A stretch of DNA of 64,000 nt from Dimorphilus gyrociliatus (taxonomy: Eukaryota; Animalia; Annelida), in NCBI GenBank assembly GCA_904063045.1, contig CAJFCJ010000001.1, positions 992,001-1,056,000 on the forward strand, written 5' to 3'. The notes under the pieces are model-generated. The model saw only the letters and a program-made list of their open reading frames with translations, was not told the DNA's origin and searched no databases. Below, piece by piece: positions 49,001 to 59,477 of this stretch (positions are counted from its first letter, which is position 1; every line of letters begins with the position of its first letter). The position numbers and the translations under genes were made by a program.

Positions 49001-52000
49001 TTGTCAAGAAAAAAAAGTAATATGACAATATCTATGAAATTCTTTCCATTTCTTTATTTATTTATACTTTTTAATATAAATATTATCTATCTCCTGTTCA
49101 TTTTCTTCAGACAAAGCAACTGACGCAAGATAAAGGAAGAGATTCTCATAATCTACATAGGTAAGATAAATAGTCTTTGTTTCCATTTTCTTTATTTTTT
49201 ACTTTCATATTGTTAATTTAAACCTCTTAACTGTTCCATTCTGTAAAGGATGCTTTTAATATATGAATAATTCCCTTTATACCTTTATTAACTGTACCCT
49301 TTATATTTGTAATTTTGTTAACCAACGAACTGCAGAAGTTGGAAAAGAAAACTTGTTAGGTAGTATCTTTTTTAAAACAGTAAAAAAATGAAGGATTTGG
49401 TTTTTTTTAAAGTTAGAGTGTAGTAATTTTCTTTATTTGTGTTATTATTCTTAATAGCTGAAGTATTATTAATTATTATTTAGGTGTTGATATTTCCTCA
49501 ATGTTTTTACTGTCTATTAAACAAAAAAAACACCTATTTTCTCTTGTTGAAATGTAATCTCTTTTTGTGACATATTATACCGTATATTAACATATATAGA
49601 GTATATACAGCATACTGTTAATATGTATACTATATACTGTATAATGATTTTTATATTTGTTTAATTTATATTGTTTGAATTTTATATTTAACAACTTTTT
49701 TTTTTATTAAATCAAAGACTGGCGACAATCAGTAGCACAAGAATGCCTTTAGATAATATGGGGAATCGTTCAAGATCGAATTCTTTAAAGAGTAGCAAAA
49801 CGAAAAGTTTATTATGCTTATGTAGGGAAACTTGCGAAGAAATTGACGAAGATGAAAAAGAAGAAACGAATTCAATGACACTTTGGAGTGCTCTAAATGC
49901 TGATTCAAATTTGGTGAGAGGTAGTGATTCGTCAGCTTCAAGACCAAACGCCAACAGATTAACGTAAGTATATAGGCCTAATTTTCTTTCATTTTACAAA
50001 AAAAAAGACAAATCTTTCCCCTCTTTGAATATATTTAATATTGAGTTGATGTGTGCGTTCAGAAGAATTGCAGATGATAATACGTAAGCAGTTAATCTGT
50101 TCACCAGCATAATATTCTTTTTTCTAATTTTTACTTTACCGTTTTGAATTTCAAATCACTAAATCACATGAGCAAGGAAGAACTTCTTGCCTCTTCTATA
50201 TTCTTTCAAATGTGTGATGTTATTTTATTTATATGGCCTGTTCTTATTTCTTATTTTCAACTATATAAATTAACTGTATCAGTCTTAAATGTGTTTTATT
50301 ATATTAAAATATTTTAATGTCAATGGATTATAAGCTTTAATTAGTCAATTATCAAAGTTCATTTTGGTGTATTTACTTTATGTAATGCTTCAACAGACGA
50401 AGAAGAAGGTCGAGTATGCCTCCTGACCCTCCAACAATGCACCCGGAATGGTTGACGAAAATTAACTTAACGTCTTTCGATGAAATATTTCTTGTTATTC
50501 TGGATCAAACTGTTCAATGTTTAGCTGATTCCTGTTGGGAGCTGCGAAGAATGGCAGCTCAATTACTTCCAGTAGTTGTTGAAGCACTTCGTTGGTATGA
50601 TATGAATATTTTAGAAACCGTTTGGGAAACTAGATTAGATAGTGACTGTTCTCTTTGGTGCTTTGGCTCAGCTTTGGCCCTAAAATATACGTTACACCAC
50701 GCTGCAAAACTGAAATGTCTAGCATTAAATCCTCCAGCTACTTGGTTCGATATATTAGCCTGCAGACGGGTTGTTTTAGCAATAACTTCAAGTGTTGAAA
50801 GTAACGCTAAGCAACTTTGCGGAATAATGACTTCTATTTTAGATAGATCGACTTATGATAAGCTAAGCGTTATTGCTCTAGAAGTGCTAATTCTCTTCTA
50901 CACACATTTTAAGGGAGCATTCGTTGAAGTTCGTTAATTTTTTTTTGAATGCTAAAAACTTATAACAAAACTTAATTAGCCTTCAACATTTCAACAGGAT
51001 AATGATGACCCTTTAATTCAAGCTATAGATTGCTTAAAATCAATAGCGGATCAAGCGTATAGTGAATCGGCTAAACAGAAGTACCATATATTCACCGTTC
51101 AAGAAAAAGAGTCTTTCTTTAGGTATATTAATTCTCCTGTACTATCTATAAATATTTAATATAAAAAAACCCAGAAAACAGATATAAACTTATTCATAAT
51201 TCATATATTTTTGTCTTTACGATAGTTTTTCAACTACTCAACGACAATCTATATCCATTTCGATGAAACCTGCTCTCTCTGCTATTGAATTCACTTTCGA
51301 AGAACTGCAAAATTGCATCATTCCTTTCGTTAAAAGAGCATCGGACACTTTAACAGTCTGCTCTCTTGCACCTTATCTTGCAATGACTCTTTCTTCTTTC
51401 CATGACCAGGATGTTTTATGTAAAATTTTGGTTGACAGGTGGGCAATATACACAGCCTATTTTATGATAATCTGTTAATAGTTCTTCTTTTTCTTATAGC
51501 TTGACACATTTAGTAACTAGATGTGGGGATTATTTAAAAGAAAAAAAGGATGAAGTCTGCAAAAATGAACTTCTACATACTGCAAAATGTTTATCTAATT
51601 TAGTTTTAAAGAAGTCTTTAGATGTTTATACACTTCGTCACTGTTTACAAGTGGGCTATTTAATTTGTTTATCTGTACCATCGGCAATGGCGATTACTCT
51701 TCGAGCTGCAATAGCTCGATATAATAATTCGGACAGTATTAGGTCATCACCACTTGTCTCACCACGATCTAACGGTGTTGATTTATCATTACATTCTATT
51801 GATGTTCGACCAGAGCTGATAGAAAACCCGTCTTCTTCTGATGACGATGAATCAAAAACTAAGATTATTAAAGAATCACAAACTCTGGATGCCAGTAATG
51901 GCTCCAAATCTAGTAGATTAAGAGTCTATTCAGAAGAAGAGGAAGAATCTGATTGGGACGATTGGAGTGAAGATGAAAATGAGGTAAAATATTTAAATTA

Positions 52001-52276
52001 AAATGAAGATTTCTCCTTAAAATATGATATTAAATATACTAAACAGGAAGATGACGCGGTTAGAGAAGTTTTGGCAGAATTTGTGCAAATGTTTAGTTCA
52101 GAAGATTGCAGAAAAGAGATAAAGAAGCTGCAAGATGACGAACAAAAGATCATCAAGGTTGGTTTCTTTCAAAAAGAAAATGTCATTAGGTTATAACCTT
52201 TTCCGTTTTCCAGGAACTACAAGGTCTAAAAATTCCGGCTCATAAAAGCTGGTTGCACCGTCCAGAATTCGAATAA
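46070..52276 (+). CDS. Large uncharacterised HEAT/ARM-repeat-like helical protein with a central disordered, microexon-rich region
   Basis: Consecutive exons join in phase through canonical GT-AG introns. HEAT-like segments include WSVIRSSVASRL, TWQTKEGAVLGI, LSVRENTVKAI, STVRQATSSIF, WQWREGCMLSY and CWELRRMAAQLLP. The acidic C-terminus carries DWDDW. Stop at 52274-52276; the start codon is less certain. Confidence 0.8.
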
Positions 52277-52398
52277 AGTATTAATGCTTATTATTAAAAT
52301 TTATTGCAGTGTATAAACGTTATATTTATTAAGGAAAAGAATATTAGACACGTTGCATAATGAACATTGAAAGTTAATATAATAAATGTTACCTAACG

Positions 52399-55175
52399 TT
52401 AATGGTTTTTAGATTTTTCCAACACATTATTTAGCATACCGTTAAGCCATTCGTTATGTTCAGTAACTGTTTTATTATCTAATTGTAGACTCAATGATAA
52501 AGAAGCGCTGGGTAGGTTGAAATTAAAACTATTATCTGTATTATAATAATCTTTCGGCTGGGTTTGTAGTCTTGACTTAAAATCAGAATAAAATTCTTTA
52601 TCCCATTCGCTGCTATTGTCCGTTGTATTTTGATATATTGGTAGAACTAACGGATATGAATGCGTCCCTGGTAAAGGCGTTGAATGTGGTGTATCCGAAA
52701 GCTCTGATTCGTTTTTTATTACATCTTTCTCAACATAATTTACGATATTTTGCTTATTGTTAAAATTACTTAGATCCGGGCAAGATTCTATGAAATTGAT
52801 CCCGGCTGACGATCTATCTTCTCTATCGCTTTTATTCTGACTGTAGGTTGTCTTATTCTTCTTCTTATTCGTTTCATTTATTATACTTAATAAATTGATG
52901 AAAATAAAAAAAGAGTTTGCCATTGTATTATTACCTACATTCTAACCTTTCTATAATACCATTACTCGGTTTCATTGATAACGTATTTATAGAAAACATA
53001 TTACTCCTACGATTCGATCTCCTGCTTCTAGATCTACTGTTTTTTCTACTAAATTCCTTAGGATTTATAGGAGGTTCGCCTCTTATATTAATTCCTGTCA
53101 ATTCTTCGCATAAAAGTAAAGGATGATCATTATATCTCAATTTCTCTTTCGAATCTTTCGAATCTTATAAATTTAATTCAGATTTAATATTTATTGATTG
53201 TTATTAGTATGAGGAATTTTTTACCCGATAATTTTTCATTTTCATCAAATTTAACTCTTGAATTAGTCATATTTTCAGATTTTACAGGCTTTGAAAAATT
53301 TATTATCTCTTTTGAACGTAAATTTATTGGAACACTCCTACTTTCCGTAATATAGTTGTTAGTCTGAAATAGCTTTTCTTTATGATCTAATAGTCTGTCT
53401 ATTTGAAAATGATCAGGTAGTTTTTTGTATTGAAAATCTGCTTTTTTACTGCAACAATTGCACTTGGTACAAAAGAATCTGAAAGGAAGAGAAAGAGAAA
53501 AAGAAAAGGGAGATACTTATAACATGATAGCTAAAAACAATTGATTTTATCTATTTTCCTTACCTCCATATGAATATTATAAGAAAAATGCTAATTATCA
53601 TAGCTAGAGTGATAAGGATTATGGTTGTTTGTCTTACAATACTTTTCCTTTGCGGTTCGTCCTTCCATTGATTTTTCCAATTTTGAACAGCTTCTATAGA
53701 ATATAAAACCAATTATCTTGTCTTTCTTTTATTTTGCTATTGAAAAACAAACTTAAAACAGAATTTATGATAGATGGACGTTTTTCAACATCTAATTTCG
53801 ATGAAAAGGTAACGTTCTTGTCTTGGCATTCGATTAAAGATGAACAAACTTGATTTTCTATTCCATTTCCAATACAACTTAAAGTTGATTGACATATTCT
53901 ACTTCTATGTCTTGAGTTGTTTTTATCACACTTTATAGGACAAATAGACCAAGGTGACCACTCTGTCCATTCTTGAACTCGTAAGCAAGAAACAATACGG
54001 CAAGAGTTTACTTGTACCTCGGTAAATGTTTTACAATTAGCTATCTTTTTAAGGCAATTCCTAGTCCTTTTCCTAATACCTTTATCACATGTTTTAGAAC
54101 ATTTTGACCAGTTTGACCATTCATTAAAATAAATAGATAAATTACTACTAACAGTAGTAATAGGTTCTTTCGTAATATTAAACCTATTGTATAGTTTTCT
54201 ATTAGAAACAAAAGACAATATTATTCATACCCTTTAAATATATCACCTAATATCCGTAGTAAGTGAAGTATTAGTATCAGAGTATTGAAACTTTGATTCT
54301 CTAGATATAATTTTTCCATTAGAGGACTGCGATAGATTTAATTGCAGATCGATATCAGATTGATTTGTAACAAGTTCATTCTGTTTAGATAAATTAATAA
54401 TATCTTTAACAATTTTCACTGTAATTCTTCTATTGTCCTTTGAAATGTTATTTGTAACTTTGAAAAGAGCTAAATATAAATATTCGATTCGTTATTTTTA
54501 ATATACTATTGCCAATACCTTCTATGTTTATTTGTTCTTTTGTACTTGTTTCATCTATTTAAAATTCTATGATGGTTAGTTACAGAATTTACAAGTTTCT
54601 ATTATTCTTACATAGGCTTACCGTCTTTAATAGATTGTTGAGTAGTTATTGCTTGTTCTGAACAGTAACTCGATTCTTTGCAAGGCCTCTTCCAAAGTTC
54701 AGTTTTTCCTTTACAGTTTATCTCTATTGGTTTAAGAATTTTAGAAAACGGATTTCTGATTAAACAACGCCTTGTTTGGATATCTGAACAGGATAAACAA
54801 CTTGACCACTGACCCCAGGTCACTAAACTCTGTAAGGTATTTACTAGACTCTTTTCCGGTTCAGATACTAAAGTATTCAATAGATTCATTTGTAAAAAAA
54901 AAAAGGTCAGCATTTAATTATTATTACGTACTAATCGTCAAAGGGCATTGAACGCTATTATAACACTCTCTTTTTTCTATGTTAGTGCCGTCACAAGGCA
55001 TTTCTAGGCATAATCTTTGTCTTTCTGAAATTCCTTTACCTATACACGACCTAGAACAGGATGACCAAGGAAACCAATTTGTCCAACCATTAAACCTTAA
55101 AGATTCATTCATATTTAAATTAGCTAAGATAATAATAATCATTAAAGATAATGTCAATTTTTGTCGAATCATCAT
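52399..55175 (-). CDS. Type I membrane protein with four thrombospondin type-1 repeats and a long cytoplasmic tail
   Basis: Signal peptide MMIRQKLTLSLMIIIILA. TSRs are GWTNWFPWSSCSRSC, TWGQWSSCLSC, EWSNWSKCSKTC and EWTEWSPWSICPIKC. The TM (TIILITLAMIISIFLIIFIW) is followed by RFFCTKCNCC. Exons join in phase to the stop at 52399. Confidence 0.82.
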
Positions 55176-55651
55176 GTTTATTGTTGATAGGAGTTAGAAA
55201 TCTGAAAATTCAAATATCTAAATAGTTACATCACTCAAATATTTTCCTAAATTAGGAGTGCTTCTTTTCTTTTTAAATATAGATATTAATATTTAATAAT
55301 TTAAATTAACTCCTAATTTAATGTTGATATAGAAAATAAGCATTTTTCAAAGTTGAATATACGAAAAAAAGGAAAAAGCGAAAATAGGGAATAAAAATTT
55401 TCTATATATATACTGTATATATAGCATATGGTTGTATGAGTAAAACAAAAATAATGAAACAATAATAAAAATAAAAACACTATAAAAATAGTAAAATCAG
55501 ATCTGCTTTATGTTTCTTTTGTGGCACCTGAAGAAATAACAAAAGATTACCTACTTGTGTAACTCTAAATATCTACGCGAGCTATGAGAGTGAATTAAGC
55601 CTCGAACCTTCATTTAACTAATTAAAATAACATTAAGTTTTCATTGTGTTT

Positions 55652-58316
55652 TTAGTTTTTTAAACTTTTCAGGTTATGGCTTAACCATGATTTTTCCTTG
55701 CTGGAAGTTGATGGAATTTCCTTTGGTTCAGTAAGTTCTAATGGTTCCAAATCGTTGTCTTTAAAGCTAGGTTTTACTGTTCCTGACGGATTCTTTACAC
55801 GAATTACTTGAGGTAGGCTCGCAGAATAGGTGACTTTTGGATTGTCTAGGTTTATCAAATTCCCTTTAATCTAGTGAAAGAAAAGTCTTTAAAGAGAGTT
55901 TGTAAAAAAAAAATGTCTCTGAAGACTTACATCTTCTGGTCCTGTACCGAATTTAACGAATGACCCTACTTTCGTGTCGCTGAGATCATCAATGTCCTTG
56001 AGTGTTTCACTACTTGACTTGTGCTCTGTACTCTTTTCACTGCTATCTTTGATTAGAGATTCTTTCTCGCTGACTGTTGTTAATTTGTGTTGCTCGCTTA
56101 GTTTATCTTTAGCACTGACGCTAACATCCGAAGTTGATCGAACTTCCATGTCAAAAACACCTTGCTCGGGAAGATTTTCATTCCGACTTGGAAATGATGC
56201 TATACTACTGTAAACGGTACCCGGTACTGTTGAAAAATATAGCCTCTTGTCTGAAATCAATTGAGATAAAAAATCTTTTATATACCATGCTTTAGGTTTG
56301 ATTTCGCTGTTTCTCTAGACGTCTGACGATTCCGGAATTGAAATTTGAATGATGGGCTGTGAGATTTCATTGATATATTCCTTAATCGATGATGACTCTT
56401 GGGGATATTTCTCGGTCCGATAAAACCCTTCAGCATTAAAAATACATAGATTATATAATTGATAATTATACAGTATAATTTAGAACATGTAATTACCATT
56501 TCTTCGTCGGCTTCTTCAATAGTACCAACAACTTCAGGGAAATCAGGTCTTTGATGTGGAATACTGTTTTTTTATTATTATTATTATTATTAAATTTAGT
56601 ATGATTGTTAAAATTTTTTGGAAGATTATAAAAACTTACTGCAGATTTAAGGTCGAACCAACGAAAGGATCAACTTGTTTTGAACCAGCGGCATAAGGCA
56701 AGTTGAAATCAACAGTATCCCAGTAGGCATCTCTTATCAATTCAGGATGCTCAGCATGCATTTCGTCAACCATTAAATAAGACACCTTAAAAAAATAATT
56801 TAACGGTTATTTTCTCATTTTGAAAATTTTCTCAAGTTGATTTTTACTTGAAGATTTCTATCAATTAACGAATTAATATCAAAATCATCGTCATCTTCCC
56901 CGAAAGGATTAACAAGAGATTCGGCAACCTTTTAAAATTGGCATTTGGACTATATTATTTATATAAGAATATCGTTTACCTTAAGCCATCCCATATAGAA
57001 AAAAAATTGCATAAAAGTAAAATAAGGAATATAAGGGTCTATCTGTAAACCAAGAAAAAATATGTAGTAATAGTCCAATGAATATACTTAACTATTTGCT
57101 CTTACTTCTATCTTTCCTTCAACCTTATCCACAATAAACTGCCTTCCCATCAAACATCCGATAAAAAATACATATACAGCGAGAGTAACAACCTTTAAAT
57201 ATATATAGAAATAAGATCAAAAATGAATTAGTTAAGTAATATTACCTGAGTGTAAACAAGTGGTACAGAAACCCAATCAAAACTTAATAACATACCTAAA
57301 CGGCCTCTAAAATCATTAACTTCCTGTTTTTTATAGCAATTTAATACTAATTATTGTACACATGTAAATACAGATTTATTTTATACAAACATCTATTAAT
57401 GTCTTTAAAGCAAAATCGTCTTTTATTAAACCTTCCCGTCTAGCTCTAGTTAACAGCGATGTTGTCCAAACAAGAGGCACAAAATACTTATTGTGTTGGG
57501 TTTTTAAATGATGTATTATCTCTTGTTCATTTTCCGTCATGATGCCTATAATTACAATACTATATTTAGCTAAATACGAAACAATAGTCTAAATTACTAT
57601 TCGGAAAAATTTTCCAACCTGCTTTTTCAATGTGCGATAACGAGGGAAATCTCTTTTTAACTGCAGAGCTCATACTGGCCAGAGTTAAGGTGTAACTTAG
57701 GCACATATAACGCATTATTCCTCGCCTCATCATTCTTGCTCTTTCTGTATTGGCTTGAATGCTTGACATAACAAACATAGCCATTCTGTCTGGCCAAGGA
57801 AGAACTAAAAATTGCTTCCACCATCTAGATTAAAAATAAGTGTAAAGGAATAGATATTTCCATTTTTTCCAATAGTTATTGTTGAAAATAGTTGAACTTT
57901 TAATTGAACTAACCTACTAACGACAATTGATACATAAAAACCAAGAACAAAAGCAACTGGAATGAGATCAGCATATCGATTGCAGTAAAGAGCCACAGCT
58001 TCGTAAATTCTTCGATTGATAGAAATATTACAAGAATTATATAATCCTTTTTCTTTTCATCTTTTCATTTTTAATACTCACTTTTGTTGCTTTTCATTTA
58101 GGCCAACTCTGTATAGTACACTTAAACATGCAAACATGAAAACATATAAAATGAATTCTTTCCATAGTAGTTTGTATATGCTACCTTTCCATCTGTGTCA
58201 AAATTTCCTAAATTTTACACTTTTCTTAAAACACAAGGTAATAATCACCGAATCAGCAATCGCAGGAAAGTTCCAAAACCGGAAGTAGCAACTTTATCCG
58301 TATATGTAACAGTCAT
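55652..58316 (-). CDS. BEST: Bestrophin (Ca2+-activated anion channel)
   Basis: [21 protein letters not shown]; [16 protein letters not shown]; VKKRFP; [13 protein letters not shown]; Ca-clasp [11 protein letters not shown]; [11 protein letters not shown]. The exact final exon and stop are slightly uncertain. Confidence 0.95.
56572..56592. repeat. (TTA)7 microsatellite in a bestrophin intron
   Basis: Direct read. Confidence 0.8.
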
Positions 58317-58422
58317 GATGGATTATATAACGTTTTTTATCGCTCAGCAGAACACCATATGAACTGCAACAGCAATTACTCGAGATCCTTTGAATTAACT
58401 AAATAAATAAATTCACCTTACC

Positions 58423-58451
58423 AACAGTGGTTAAAAACTTACTACTTCCGG
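58423..58451 (-). promoter_or_regulatory. Bestrophin non-coding 5' exon end with ETS-type CCGGAAGT motif
   Basis: Minus-strand donor GTAAGG near 58422, an acceptor near 58390 upstream of the ATG at 58316, and ACTTCCGG at 58444-58451. Confidence 0.4.
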
Positions 58452-59477
58452 TTGAGTACTATCTTCTATCGGATGGAATAAAAGTTTTTAAGCATAAGAT
58501 GTACAGCAATTATGAAAAAGTAAGTTCCCCAAATCAGGAAATATTCCCGACAAGTACCAGTTTATATTTTCCATGAATTTATCTTATGAGTGTTGGATTG
58601 TTCTTTTTTTATCAGTTATTGTTTGAATAAGATGTAGAACATCCCGCTAAATAATAGAAAAGATAGTAAAAGATATAATGTAGAATATAAACGAACAAAT
58701 AGATGATTACGAAAGAAGCGAATGGAGTAAGATTACTTTATAGAACGTCGCCAATCAATCACATTTAGTAGTTGAAAAGAGCTGATTTATAGAAAATAGG
58801 GGAAAGGAGATAGTAAATAATAAGAGTTAGCTGAAAACAGTGTCAAATATTTATTAGAATATTGTCATATTTCTAAATAATTTAAAAGGAATGATTAGCA
58901 CTGTATTTTAGATTAGATGTTTAATCTTTCAAAAACAAAGTATCTCTCATTTTTGTACACAGTTAAAAAAAACATAAAAGCCATTACCTTATCATTCATT
59001 ACCTTAGAATAAAAACATCATTAGTACAGAAATAAAAAGAAGAAAAAGAAATTATTATATTGAAACAGATTTTTAGAACTAAAAAAAATTGGAATTTTTC
59101 AATTTGGAATGTAGTATTCTTTTTTTTTTTACATGTAAAAATCATGGAGGAGGGAGAGGGGCAGGAAAAGAAATGGAAAATATAGTAGGATGACTACAAA
59201 ATACTTTTTTTTTGAGCATAGAATAATTTTCATTATATTAATAAAGCGCTTTGTCTTTTAATTATGACAAAGAAAATTTTAAAAAAGTGAATTTGGAATG
59301 TAGAATAATTTTTTTTTTCTTTTTTTTATGTTCTTTTTTTTTTAAAGTAAAAATTGTATAAGTAAAATTTTTTGATTCTTTTTTTTTGTATCTCTTTCTT
59401 TTTTTTGAAAATATTGACATTTTTGTTATGAAAATAACATTATATATTTCGGGCAAGTTGTTTTCTTTTTGTTTTGT

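Noticed and set aside
59101-59303. 14-nt direct repeat AATTTGGAATGTAG in a poly(A/T)-rich intergenic/UTR region
   Set aside because: It is a local slippage-type duplication with no TIRs, TSDs or other transposon hallmarks.
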